The notes under the pieces were generated by a model. The model saw nothing but the letters and a program-made list of their open reading frames with translations. It made no database searches and was not told where the DNA came from. Positions 8,299-18,489 of a DNA stretch of 64,000 bases are shown here, one piece after another (position 1 is the first letter of the stretch; each line of letters begins with the position of its first letter). The translations under genes and the position numbers were made by a program. The stretch spans positions 2,496,001-2,560,000 of the forward strand of contig OZ253496.1 in the NCBI GenBank assembly GCA_965262115.1, in the 5' to 3' direction. The stretch comes from Nitrospinales bacterium (GTDB lineage Bacteria; Nitrospinota; Nitrospinia; Nitrospinales; VA-1).

Positions 8299-10524
8299 AT
8301 GAAAGTTCAGGATCTTACAGATGCGCTATTGGAATACATGCCTGATGCCGATGTCGACATCATTCTGAACGCCTATATTTATTCCGCCAAGGCTCACCGG
8401 GGGCAGAGCCGAAGATCCGGAGAGGCCTATATTTCGCATCCCCTTGAAGTGGCCTATAACCTGGTGAAGCTAAAGTTGGATGCGACCACCGTAGCCGCCG
8501 GCCTGTTGCACGACACCATAGAGGACACCCTTTCCACCCCGGAAGAAATCCAGGAATTATTTGGTGAAGAAATTTTCCAGCTTGTCGATGGGGTGACAAA
8601 GATCAGCCAGATCCATTTTTCCAGTCATGAAGAAAGCCAGGCAGAAAACTACCGCAAGATGATCTTTGCCATGGCCCATGATATCCGGGTGGTTTTGATC
8701 AAGCTTGCTGACCGGGCCCATAACATGCAGACTCTGGATTCCCTTTCAGAAGAAAGACAAAGAAGGATTGCACGGGAGACCTTGGAAATATACGCTCCCA
8801 TTGCCAACCGTCTGGGTATCGGATGGTTAAAGACCGAGTTGGAGAATGGTTCGTTCCGTTATCTTTATCCAGAAGAGTTTCGCACGATTGAGGAAAAAGT
8901 GGCAAAGGGTAAGGACTATCGCGACAAATATGTAGAAAAAGTCACCTCCCGTTTGGTGAAGGAGTTGGAAGAGGCGGGAATCCCAGGAAAGGTTGCCGGA
9001 CGGCCCAAACAGTTTTTCAGTATCTATAAAAAGATGATGGACCAGAATATAAGTTTTGAAGATGTTTATGATCTGATTGGCGTACGGGTTTTGGTCGAAT
9101 CCTTGCGCGACTGTTATTCGGTTTTAGGGCTGGTGCATTCTCTCTGGAAACCCATACCGGGTAAATTCAAGGACTATATTGCCATGCCCAAGCCCAATAT
9201 GTATCAGTCTCTCCACACTACGGTGATTGGTCCGAGGGGGGAAAGGGTGGAGGTGCAGATTCGCTCTGAGGAAATGCATAAGGTTTGTCAGGGGGGCATC
9301 GCGTCCCACTGGCGCTATAAAGAAAAAACAGATGGTGATGAAAAGCCGATGAACCAACAGTTGTTATGGGTCCGGCACCTTCTTGAAAACCAGAAGGACT
9401 TGAAAAATCCGAAAGAATTTCTCAACGCCTTCAAGGTGAATTTGTTTCCGGATGAGGTTTATGTGTTTACCCCCGGAGGGGATGTGATTGCCCTACCGTA
9501 TAATGCTACTCCAGTTGACTTCGCGTTCCAGGTTCATACTGATGTAGGGTGCCATTGCCAGTCCGCGAAGGTGAATGGGAAAGTGGTGCCTCTGCGTTAT
9601 AAATTGCAAGATGGTGACCAAGTGGAAATCATTGCTTCCGAGGAGGCATCCCCAAACCGTGACTGGCTGGCCTTTGTTAAAACCTCTAAGGCGCGCAGTC
9701 GGATTTCAAACTTTATAAACAACGAAGAGCGCACAAGAAGTTTGAGCCTGGGAAAAGAACTTTTGCAAAAAGAATTACAGGAATATGATCTGGATCCGGC
9801 AGTAGAAATGGCTGGCGAGGCCTTTGAAGAAGCCGCCCAGGCCTGCGGTTTTAATTCCACCGACAGCCTGTTGACGGGAATTGGAATTGGAAAGCTGTCG
9901 ACCCATCATGTTATCGAAAAACTGATCCCGAGGGAAAAGCTGGAGGGCAAAGAGTTTCGTGAGAAGACATTAATCAAGCTAAAGGAAAGCAAGCCGCCGG
10001 AATCCTTGCGTAACGCCATCAAGGTCCAGTGTTTCAATGAAAATATTTTCATCCGTATTGGTAAATGTTGCCATCCTCTTCCCGGGGATCCGATCATCGG
10101 TTATATCACGAGAGGCAGAGGGGTCACGGTGCATCATATTGACTGTCCGAGTGTCGGGAATGTTATCAATGATCCGGAGAGGCTGGTGGGCGTTGAGTGG
10201 GACACGGGTATGAAAACCATTTATCAGGCTCATATCGCGATTGTTGCGGCTGACAAACCCGGAATTATGGCCACCATCAGTCAGGCTTTCGCGGAATGTG
10301 GAATCAATATTACCCGCGCCAATGTTCAACAGGGATCAAACAAAAGAGCTTACTTCGACTTGTCCATAGAGATTCAGGATGTGGAGCACCTGAATCAAAT
10401 TCTTGAAAAAATACGTCAGGTCGATGGTGTGATTTACCTGGAGCGGATCAAGGATTTTAACAAAAACGCGCCGATAAAAAGCAGGTTGGAGACCTTGGGT
10501 GAAAAACTGGGGGCACAGGGATAA
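8299..10524 (+). CDS. spoT: Bifunctional (p)ppGpp synthetase/hydrolase, RelA/SpoT family
   Basis: HD hydrolase (LLHDTIED), synthetase (KDYIAMPKPNMYQSLHT), TGS, CC and ACT domains. Confidence 0.95.
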   Translation: MKVQDLTDALLEYMPDADVDIILNAYIYSAKAHRGQSRRSGEAYISHPLEVAYNLVKLKLDATTVAAGLLHDTIEDTLSTPEEIQELFGEEIFQLVDGVTKISQIHFSSHEESQAENYRKMIFAMAHDIRVVLIKLADRAHNMQTLDSLSEERQRRIARETLEIYAPIANRLGIGWLKTELENGSFRYLYPEEFRTIEEKVAKGKDYRDKYVEKVTSRLVKELEEAGIPGKVAGRPKQFFSIYKKMMDQNISFEDVYDLIGVRVLVESLRDCYSVLGLVHSLWKPIPGKFKDYIAMPKPNMYQSLHTTVIGPRGERVEVQIRSEEMHKVCQGGIASHWRYKEKTDGDEKPMNQQLLWVRHLLENQKDLKNPKEFLNAFKVNLFPDEVYVFTPGGDVIALPYNATPVDFAFQVHTDVGCHCQSAKVNGKVVPLRYKLQDGDQVEIIASEEASPNRDWLAFVKTSKARSRISNFINNEERTRSLSLGKELLQKELQEYDLDPAVEMAGEAFEEAAQACGFNSTDSLLTGIGIGKLSTHHVIEKLIPREKLEGKEFREKTLIKLKESKPPESLRNAIKVQCFNENIFIRIGKCCHPLPGDPIIGYITRGRGVTVHHIDCPSVGNVINDPERLVGVEWDTGMKTIYQAHIAIVAADKPGIMATISQAFAECGINITRANVQQGSNKRAYFDLSIEIQDVEHLNQILEKIRQVDGVIYLERIKDFNKNAPIKSRLETLGEKLGAQG

Positions 10525-10537
10525 CGGGAACTAAGCG

Positions 10538-10732
10538 CTACTTGATAGCCTTAGTTATTTTTCCTGACTTGATGCAACTGGTGCAGATTTTCATGGTCTT
10601 TATAGAACCCCTCATCACCACACGCAGCTTTTTTATATTTGGTTTCCATTGTCGGCGGGTTTTATTATTCGCATGGCTGACATTGTTGCCAAATTGGGGT
10701 TTTTTATCACAAATCTCACATTTTAGGGACAT
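10538..10732 (-). CDS. rpmB: 50S ribosomal protein L28
   Basis: [28 protein letters not shown]...CTSCIK. Confidence 0.97.
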   Translation of the reverse strand: MSLKCEICDKKPQFGNNVSHANNKTRRQWKPNIKKLRVVMRGSIKTMKICTSCIKSGKITKAIK

Positions 10733-10814
10733 CAAATTCTCCGAAATAGATTGTCTTGAAATTGGTTAGATGCTAGCATAACCCTGTTAAAGGGGCAAGA
10801 GTGAATAATCCATT

Positions 10815-11045
10815 ATGATTGTCGATAAAAATACCACGATCAACGAGATTCTCCATGCCTACCCTGAGGCCATGAAGTTTTTTAATGAAAAACAAATGGC
10901 CTGTGGCGGTTGCTTTTCTGTAAAGTTTGATACCTTGGAAAACGGGGCCTTAATGCATGGCATGGAGGTCAGCGCCTTGATTAGCCAACTCGAACAATTT
11001 TTGCAAGCCCTTCCTATCCGTATCGCCTCCGCCCAGCACAAATAG
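10815..11045 (+). CDS. DUF1858 domain-containing protein
   Basis: IxEILxxYPEA..F...MACGGC...TLENGAxMHG pattern. Confidence 0.8.
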   Translation: MIVDKNTTINEILHAYPEAMKFFNEKQMACGGCFSVKFDTLENGALMHGMEVSALISQLEQFLQALPIRIASAQHK

Positions 11046-11161
11046 CTTGTTTCGCCTTAACTTCTTAATCTTTGTTTGGGCGTGGCTTTGGTGTCCAACT
11101 TAGGTTGGAATGAGTGGAAGAACTGTCTTTTCGCGGAAAGAATCAGGGTAGGGGTGAGAAA

Positions 11162-11380
11162 TTAGCCGAGAAACTCCGATTCCGTGATGATGTTTTCGAG
11201 AACTTTTTCAGCAAGTGCTTCAGCGGGAATGTGATAATTGCCATCCCTGATATCATTTTTAAGCTGCTCCAGCCTTTGGGTGTTTTCGGGGCGGATAGCC
11301 GGGGCCGCATTGGCCGTTTCTGTCGCTTTTTGAATATCTTTGGCCTTAGAAGAAATAGCAATTTGCTCGGTGCCACTAAA
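11162..11380 (-). pseudogene. flgM: 5'-truncated anti-sigma-28 factor FlgM
   Basis: Frame reads SGTEQIAISSKAKDIQKA...PAIRPENTQRLEQLKNDIRDGNYHIPAEALAEKVLENII; preceded by an in-frame TAG with no start codon. Confidence 0.75.
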
Positions 11381-11487
11381 CTAAACGGTTTCCCGAACCT
11401 AATAATCCGAAATCCAAATATTGTTCTTTGGTCTAGCTGGCGTTTGGGCTCTGAGAAGCAGTTAAAACCTTGAGAATTTTTTCCCCT

Positions 11488-12420
11488 ATGGAACGGTTAA
11501 GACAGATTCGAAATTTTATGGCGGTTGGGAGCATGGTTTTTGTGCTTTTCTGGAGCTTGCCTGGTTTTGGCAATACTCTCGATTTTGAAAAATACTCCAG
11601 AGTCATCTGGAATTATCTAGAGACTCTCTGTGCTTTTGGCCCAAGAAATCCCGGCAGTGAAGGCTATCGCAAAACCCTGGATTTGATCCGAAAGGTGGGT
11701 GAAAAATATGCGGATCAGGTGGTGGAACATCCATTTTTGGTTCGCACCTCCATGTCGACCTCTGTGGACATGGTCAATTTGGAGCTCAGGTTTGAAGGAA
11801 CCCAGGGTGGTGCCCCGATTTTGATTGGGGCGCATTTCGATACCCGGCCTTTTGCCGATGAGGACCCGGATCCTGCAAATTGGTCAGAACCGATACTGGG
11901 CGCCAACGATGGTGGTTCGGGCACTGCGATTCTGCTTGGACTTGTCCAATATCTCAATCAGCATCCTGTGGCCCGACCTGTCCACCTAGTATTTTTTGAT
12001 GGAGAGGATTTTGGTGCCAAGGATTCCGGATTGAAGCTGTTGGGTTCGACCTATTATGCCGAGCAGTTGGTCAAGGAGGAAAGGGCCAAATGGCCTTACT
12101 GGGTGCTGGTCATCGATATGGTTGGTGATAAGGATTTAGAGATCTTTAAGGAATCTCATTCCATCAAGGGTAGTGCGAGTTTCCTGGACAGGATTTACCG
12201 TGTCGCCAAGGACCAGGGCATTCAGTCCTTGAACGAGAAAATGAAATATACGATTTATGATGACCATTATCCTTTCCACCGCATGGGTATTCCATCGACG
12301 GTGCTGATTGATTTCGATTATCCCTACTGGCACACACTTCAAGACACGCTGGACAAATGTTCCATTAAGAGCATGTTTTCTGTTTTCTCTGTTGTGGTGA
12401 AGACGATCGAGGATTTGTAG
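11488..12420 (+). CDS. M28-family peptidase (glutaminyl cyclase-like), secreted
   Basis: GAHFDTRP, GANDGGSG, FFDGED, DMVG, DDH, YWHT motifs; signal peptide. Confidence 0.88.
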   Translation: MERLRQIRNFMAVGSMVFVLFWSLPGFGNTLDFEKYSRVIWNYLETLCAFGPRNPGSEGYRKTLDLIRKVGEKYADQVVEHPFLVRTSMSTSVDMVNLELRFEGTQGGAPILIGAHFDTRPFADEDPDPANWSEPILGANDGGSGTAILLGLVQYLNQHPVARPVHLVFFDGEDFGAKDSGLKLLGSTYYAEQLVKEERAKWPYWVLVIDMVGDKDLEIFKESHSIKGSASFLDRIYRVAKDQGIQSLNEKMKYTIYDDHYPFHRMGIPSTVLIDFDYPYWHTLQDTLDKCSIKSMFSVFSVVVKTIEDL

Positions 12421-12708
12421 CGTGAATGGGCCACACTGTACGAGGAGAATCGAAATAGACCGGCAAGCGCGGGAGTAGCAATACCGCACTTTAGTACCAG
12501 CTTGGGACTAATCCTTAATTTCCGGATAATGTGTTTAGTGATAGTAATTTCCTATCCCCCTTCTTTAATCCGAGATTTCCCATCTTTAAGAAACACTCTG
12601 AGCCTCACCCATTTTCTGTACCGGTGGTACTCAAGAAAAACCGGCTATTTGACCCTTTGCAAATTTCACCTAAAAAAGTGAAAAAATTGTGTTTTTTCTG
12701 CTTTGCCC

Positions 12709-12737
12709 TTGAGTCAAGATACTATATGTAGTATCTT
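12709..12737 (+). promoter_or_regulatory. hicAB promoter with palindromic operator
   Basis: TTGAGT-N17-TATCTT overlapped by the inverted repeat AAGATACTA-tatg-TAGTATCTT (12716-12737). Confidence 0.7.
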
Positions 12738-12743
12738 ATAAGC

Positions 12744-12974
12744 ATGGGCCGAAGGGACAAAACCATCGGGAAAATGAAGAACAACCCGAAGGGGTGGAGG
12801 ATTGATGACTGCAAGTCTCTGGCGGATCATTTTAATATCGCATGGGTGCATGACAGGTCGAGTCATTGCGTCTTTGATTTTGGAGAAGTGTCTTTAAGCA
12901 TCCCGGCGAAACGGCCCATCAAACCGTTTTACATCAAAAAGTTTATTGTTCTGATTGAGGAGGCGAAAACGTAA
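12744..12974 (+). CDS. hicA: HicA-family toxin
   Basis: NPKGW.., SHxxF, LSIPAKRPIKPFYIK; directly upstream of HicB. Confidence 0.85.
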   Translation: MGRRDKTIGKMKNNPKGWRIDDCKSLADHFNIAWVHDRSSHCVFDFGEVSLSIPAKRPIKPFYIKKFIVLIEEAKT

Positions 12975-12984
12975 GGAGCGAATT

Positions 12985-13392
12985 ATGGAGTATCCAGCAG
13001 AAATCAGAAAATTAAGCAAGGCAGACGGCGGCGGGTTTTTAATCACCTACCCCGACTTGCCGGGGTGTATGTCCGATGGCGACACCGTTGAGGAGGCTTT
13101 TAAGAATGGTGCCGACGCGGTGAAAGACTGGATCAAGGCGCGAAAAAAGCTTGGCAAGGCCATCCCTCCGCCATCACCCTCGCGCGACTTGGGTGGCTAC
13201 AGCGGCAAATATATCCAGCGCGTACCGAAAAGTGTTCACGCGGCACTGGCGAGACGCGCCGAGCAGGAAGGCGTCTCGATGAACCAACTGGGGCTGAGTT
13301 ATCTTGTCGATGGGTTGGGTCGCGGCGGTAAAGACCGGCAAAAGCCTGGTGGTGAATCACCCCAACCCTCTTTAAAAAAGAGGGGGCATTGA
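12985..13392 (+). CDS. hicB: HicB-family antitoxin
   Basis: DGGGFLITYPDLPGCMSDGDTVEEA; YSGK..RVPKSVHAALARRAEQEGVSMNQ DNA-binding domain; RBS AAGGAG. Confidence 0.92.
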   Translation: MEYPAEIRKLSKADGGGFLITYPDLPGCMSDGDTVEEAFKNGADAVKDWIKARKKLGKAIPPPSPSRDLGGYSGKYIQRVPKSVHAALARRAEQEGVSMNQLGLSYLVDGLGRGGKDRQKPGGESPQPSLKKRGH

Positions 13393-13418
13393 ACCACCGG
13401 CCCCGCACTTGGCAGTTT

Positions 13419-14766
13419 TCACTCCCCCCGGAGGGGTCGCCGGAGTTCGGAAAGTCTTTTTTTCGCTTCTTCGTTGAAGGGATCGATTTCCAGAATGGTT
13501 TTCAATTCCTTTTCTGCGTCCTGGATTCTCTGGTCTTTTTTGTGGATTTCATAAAGCTTCCAATGCATGGAGAGAAAATCGATGCCCTGTTTTTGGGAAA
13601 GTTCAAACACGTCGCGGGCTTCATCCATTCGATTGAGCGCGAACAGGGAATTGCCCAGATTGAAATTTGCAATGGCAAATTCCGGGTCCAGGGCCAGAGC
13701 TTTTTTCAAAAGCCTAAGGGCTTCAGCGGCGTCCCTGCTTGTTCAGCGCTGCACCTAAATTGGAAAGTGCCTGGATGAAGTTCGGGTAAACCTGAACCGC
13801 TTTTTTAAACAGTTATACTGCTTTATTCAGTTTTCCCGAACGAAAATAATACCCCCCAAGATTCGATAAGGCTTCCGGAAAACCCGGATTCAATGCCAGG
13901 GTTTTTTCATATTGGCCGATGGCTTTTTCGATCATCCCCAGATCACGGTAGGCAACGGCCAGATCGTAATGGGCCAGAATAAAGTTCGGATCTTTTGCCA
14001 GTATTTTTTCAAACTCATAGAGCGCCTTATTGGGGTCTCCCAATCCATACAGAAAATAATTTCCCCGATAATACATGGCTTCCAGGGAAGTTCGGTCTTC
14101 ATCCAGAAGCTTTTGCAGTGAAAAAGTAGTTTTAGAATCCAAAAACTCCTTAACAGGGTTTATAGGAAGCGCAAGATTGATGGATCGCCCCTCTACCGTG
14201 GCTAATCCAACGACCTTGTTAGATTTGTTGACCACTGGTCCGCCGCTGAAACCCGGGCCGAATGCGGAGGTTGTATAAATAAAAGGTGTTTTGGGATCGG
14301 CTTGGGGATGAACCCCGAGAACAAATCCATAAGTTTGCACGATTTGGCCATTGTCCTCGGTTACCTGAGCGGAGAAATATCCCAAAGCACTGGTGTAGTC
14401 ATAAGGCTTCAGGGAGGAGGAGTCACCAATTTCCAGAGTGGAATAAAATCCTTCCTTTAGTTTTATAATTGCAAAATCTCTGGCCCGGTCAACCTTGAAT
14501 ACTCCTGTCACTTCGGAACGTGAACCATCGGGAAAACGTACGTCAATACTATGGGCATCGACCAGAACGTGGTAATTGGTGACCAGGGTTCCTTCGGGGC
14601 GAGCCACAAAACCCGATCCGGTTCCAACAGTTTTCCCGGCTTTGTCTTTTGCGATGAGCAAGGCCACTGCATTTTTATTGACTTCATAAGCGCTTACGGG
14701 TCCCGAAAGGAACATCAAGCCGATGATGAAGCAATATATAAAGGATAGGAATAAACGGCTTCGCAT
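13419..14766 (-). pseudogene. Trypsin-like serine protease with TPR repeats, interrupted
   Basis: TNYHV and GFSGGP catalytic motifs plus TPRs; in-frame TAA at 13813 and a frameshift near 13730, after which the TPRs continue to 13419. Confidence 0.8.
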
Positions 14767-14989
14767 ATCTTATAGCTTACGCCTTTTTAAAAGGCCGTGC
14801 TTGATTGAGAAAAAACATTATATTGGTGATGAATCAATTCTATAAACTGACTGCAGCGATTACAACTGAATTCAAAGGAAATTAAGAGGGAGGGTTATCA
14901 AGGAAAAACCGGGTTGATGGCATGCGGATTGGGTGGAAATAAAAATCCGGGCCGACTTTGGAGCCGACCCGGACTATTTAAGAGTCTTT

Positions 14990-15403
14990 TTACTTAACGT
15001 TAATCGTCACCGTTGCGGTCAAAGCCGGATCGTAGGGGACGTGATTGCCTTTGGCAAACAGGGTGCGGATGATGTGTTTGCCTGCAGAAAGTTTAATTTC
15101 CTTACAGGTGGAACCATCTCCCATATGGATGTGATTCGCGTCTTTTCCAATCGGCTTGCTCAAGTCTTTTGGCAGGTTCACATCGACAATAATGTGATGA
15201 TGGCCTTTTCCTTCATTAACCCCTTTTTTAGCCGGTTGCACTTCAACCCCTTCTGTGTCCATGCAAACTTTAACCGGGCTTGAGACCATAGCACCGTTAG
15301 GAGGATCGGTGATCGTTACGGCGTTACCTGCGAAAGCACTGCTTGCCCCGGTGATGAAAAGGAAGGCAAACAGCATAGTCAGTTTTGAGTAAATGGTATT
15401 CAT
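14990..15403 (-). CDS. DUF4399 domain-containing secreted protein
   Basis: Signal peptide; GHHHIIVD, HIHMGDG, GKH, H(V)PY motifs. Confidence 0.85.
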   Translation of the reverse strand: MNTIYSKLTMLFAFLFITGASSAFAGNAVTITDPPNGAMVSSPVKVCMDTEGVEVQPAKKGVNEGKGHHHIIVDVNLPKDLSKPIGKDANHIHMGDGSTCKEIKLSAGKHIIRTLFAKGNHVPYDPALTATVTINVK

Positions 15404-15547
15404 TTTTCTGTGTTCCTTATAAAATTGTTGATTTTTTTACTGCTTTGATGAATTCAGAGGGTACTTCTGAGTTAGATTTGAAAAACGCGAAAAAGTTTCG
15501 GAAAAAACAAAAATCTCTGGCAGGTATTAGTATTTTTTCTATTTCCC

Positions 15548-15576
15548 TTGACATCGTAATCCGAGTTCCATAACCT
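15548..15576 (+). promoter_or_regulatory. Putative sigma-70 promoter of mrp
   Basis: TTGACA-N17-TAACCT. Confidence 0.5.
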
Positions 15577-15658
15577 TTAGTATCCAGTTTCATAATCCCC
15601 AGGGAGCTCGTTGGAAGAAAAACTCGTGCGTCCCAATATGTTTTTTTAGGAGGTTTAG

Positions 15659-16546
15659 ATGGTAGTTACAGGAGAATGTCGACTCCTTCACACTTGTGAA
15701 ATGTGTGAGTTTAATAATGAGACCGACTGCAAAGCCGATAAAAATGAGCACAACCGCTGGCTTGTCAACCATCGGATGAATGATATCAAGCACAAGCTTA
15801 TCATAGGCAGCAACAAAGGTGGGGTCGGCAAAAGTACTGTAACCACCAATCTTGCTATTGCCCTGGTGGAAAAAGGCTTTGCTGTAGGACTGGCAGATGC
15901 TGACCTTCACGGTCCCAACATTCCTAAATTATTGCAGGCTGAGGATGTCCGGCTGAAAACCACGGATACAGGGATTGATCCTTATGAAACTAAGAATGGT
16001 CTGAAGGTGGCTTCATTAGGATTTCTCATTGAAGACCCAAATATGCATATTGCCTGGAGGGATGCCGTTAAGTATGACTTCATTATTGAGTTGCTGGGAA
16101 ATATAAACTGGGGCCCGTTGGATTATCTCCTATTCGATCTTCCCCCCGGTACCGGAAATGAGCAAATTACCATCATAGACTTTATCGGTGAGGTCGATGG
16201 CGCTGTGGTAGTCACAACCCCTCAGGATCTGGCGATTCTGGATGCCCGGAAAATGATCTCTTTCGCCCGCGACAGTAATGTCCCCATAGTGGGGGTGATT
16301 GAAAATATGAGCACGATGTCCTGCCCGCATTGTAATGAGAAAATCGATGTGTTCAAAAAAGGCGGAGGGAAAAAATTAGCCGAAGAACTGGTATTGCCCT
16401 ATCTGGGCAGTATTCCCTTTGATGGGGAAATTGTCGCCAATTCCGATAGCGGACAGCCTGTTGTTTTGTCTCGTCCGGATTCCGTAGCCGCTAAAGCCTT
16501 CATGCAATTGGCTGAGAACTGCCATAAGTTCCTCAATCCTGAATAG
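15659..16546 (+). CDS. mrp: Mrp/NBP35 (ApbC) Fe-S cluster carrier ATPase
   Basis: KGGVGKST, DADLHGP, DLPPGTG, ENMS..CPHC; Cys-rich N-terminus. Confidence 0.93.
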   Translation: MVVTGECRLLHTCEMCEFNNETDCKADKNEHNRWLVNHRMNDIKHKLIIGSNKGGVGKSTVTTNLAIALVEKGFAVGLADADLHGPNIPKLLQAEDVRLKTTDTGIDPYETKNGLKVASLGFLIEDPNMHIAWRDAVKYDFIIELLGNINWGPLDYLLFDLPPGTGNEQITIIDFIGEVDGAVVVTTPQDLAILDARKMISFARDSNVPIVGVIENMSTMSCPHCNEKIDVFKKGGGKKLAEELVLPYLGSIPFDGEIVANSDSGQPVVLSRPDSVAAKAFMQLAENCHKFLNPE

Positions 16547-16802
16547 TCCGGCAAAAATTAAAGAACCGAACTTCGCCAGTGGGGAGACTCCCCCGAAATA
16601 ACCCTTTGTGATTTTTCACCCCGCCTTGGCGAGGGTTGAGTCAGGCGGAAAAGCGTTTTTTTGAGGCAAACTTGAATGCAAACAATGGATTGCGTTTTCA
16701 GGAAGGATTGAGGGATAATAATACGATACGGTTAGTTTCTGGATTATAAAAATTGTCCATGACTCTTCGATAAGAGCTTTTCCTTTCTTTTATAAAATAC
16801 AT

Positions 16803-17888
16803 ATGTGTGTTCGCTTTTCTGGTAAATTAATAGTTAAGAAAATACTGGCAGTTTCCTTTTTGCTTTGTGTTGTTGGAGCTGCTGAAGTGTTCGCAGACAC
16901 AATCCAAAACCCTATTTACTCGAATAACCCGATAGCCGCGGAAGTGGATGGGAAACCTATTTACCTGGACGACCTCAAGCATATTCGTATCCAGGAAGCT
17001 CTCAAGCAACTGCATGAAATGCAGACCCGCGCCTTGAAAGAAAAAATTCTCGATAAGCTTGCAAAAAAGCATCCTGACCTTGCTGCGGAAAAGCCTCCCA
17101 AGGTGACGGAAGTGGAAATTAAACAGTTTTATGAAAGCAATCCGGGCATCAAAGAGATAGGAAACCTTTCTCAGGTCAGTGCTGAAATTCGCGATTACCT
17201 GGAAAAAAGTTTCCGGCAGGTTCATGTCGAACAGCAATATCAGCATGCGGTGCGGCAGGGTTGGGTCAAGGTTTATTTGACGCCTCCCAATGATTTTCAT
17301 TTGGTTGCAGGGCTCGGTACAGCCATGGTGTGGACGGAGGAAAAAAATCCTTCAACCCGGCGGGTTTTTGTATTGGAATATTCTGATTTCCAATGTCCGT
17401 TCTGTAAGCGGGTACAAGACACTTTGCAAAAGCTTAGAAAACGCTATTCTAATGAGGTTCAGTTTGGCTACCGCCATTTTCCGCTGCCTTTTCACAAAGA
17501 AGCCCAAGGGATGGCCCAGGCTGTTGAATGCGCCAGGGATCAAAATAAATTCTGGGAACTCCAGGATCTTTTATATAAAAATACTTCCAACGCCGCGAAT
17601 GATAAGGAAGTTATGGGACTGGCCAGGCTCTCGGGAATCGAAGATATGCGGGCTTTTGAGTTTTGCTGGCGAAACGGGAAATATGCAGAGCGAGTGCAAA
17701 ATGATATCCGTGAAGGAGTCGAGTTGGGAATTCAGGGAACTCCGACTTTTATTTTGGGGGCCTATGATCCGGAAACCAGAACCGTTTCCGGCGAAATGTT
17801 TTCCGGCGCGGTGTCAGAAGAAAAGTTTGTCCATGTTATAGAAAAATATCTCTCCTCTACCCGAACCGAAGCTAAGTTGAGCCGATAG
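16803..17888 (+). CDS. DsbA-family thioredoxin-fold protein with N-terminal helical extension
   Basis: EYSDFQCPFC, RHFPL, GIQGTP. Confidence 0.88.
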   Translation: MCVRFSGKLIVKKILAVSFLLCVVGAAEVFADTIQNPIYSNNPIAAEVDGKPIYLDDLKHIRIQEALKQLHEMQTRALKEKILDKLAKKHPDLAAEKPPKVTEVEIKQFYESNPGIKEIGNLSQVSAEIRDYLEKSFRQVHVEQQYQHAVRQGWVKVYLTPPNDFHLVAGLGTAMVWTEEKNPSTRRVFVLEYSDFQCPFCKRVQDTLQKLRKRYSNEVQFGYRHFPLPFHKEAQGMAQAVECARDQNKFWELQDLLYKNTSNAANDKEVMGLARLSGIEDMRAFEFCWRNGKYAERVQNDIREGVELGIQGTPTFILGAYDPETRTVSGEMFSGAVSEEKFVHVIEKYLSSTRTEAKLSR

Positions 17889-17904
17889 CTTTTTCCCTCT
17901 TGCC

Positions 17905-18420
17905 ATGATCAGGATACTGATTTTTATTCTGGCTGGAATGATTGTTCCGGTTTCTATATTCGCGGAATCCATTCCGTTTTCAGCCTCAAGTGCCCCATCC
18001 GGCCCCAGGATAAAATTAAGCACCGTGACCGACAGAGGCACTGTCTATTCAGGTGACCGCTTCAAGCTATACCTATCTGCCCAGATTGAGGAGGGCTGGC
18101 ATATTTATTCCCTGAAACCTATGGATGGCAATGAACTGCTGGCAACTCAAATTACTCTCGATGATAATATTTTCGAAAACCAAGAGCGCTGGCAGGAATC
18201 TCCAACTCGTCTGATTCAGGATGAGGCACAGGAAAAACTGGTCAAAGGTCATGTCAGCACTGCGGAGTTTCATAACAGTTTTCGCGTGCCCAAAAATGCC
18301 AAACCGGGAAACCACTCCATAAACGGGGAACTATTTTACCGGGCCTGCGACAACAATATTTGCACCCTTCCAAAAAGCCTTCCTTTTGCCAGCCAGATTC
18401 ATGTGGGCGGCATCAAATAG
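17905..18420 (+). CDS. DsbD N-terminal-domain protein
   Basis: GWHIYS and YRACDNNIC motifs; signal peptide. Confidence 0.8.
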   Translation: MIRILIFILAGMIVPVSIFAESIPFSASSAPSGPRIKLSTVTDRGTVYSGDRFKLYLSAQIEEGWHIYSLKPMDGNELLATQITLDDNIFENQERWQESPTRLIQDEAQEKLVKGHVSTAEFHNSFRVPKNAKPGNHSINGELFYRACDNNICTLPKSLPFASQIHVGGIK

Positions 18421-18489
18421 CAGGACCAAATTTAGCCAGTAGAATCGTCTTTCCTTATTCAGATACAATAGGATAAACTCGTATTACAC

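Noticed and set aside
11114..11473. 119-aa (+) and 77-aa (-) ORFs
   Set aside because: Shadow frames of the flgM remnant
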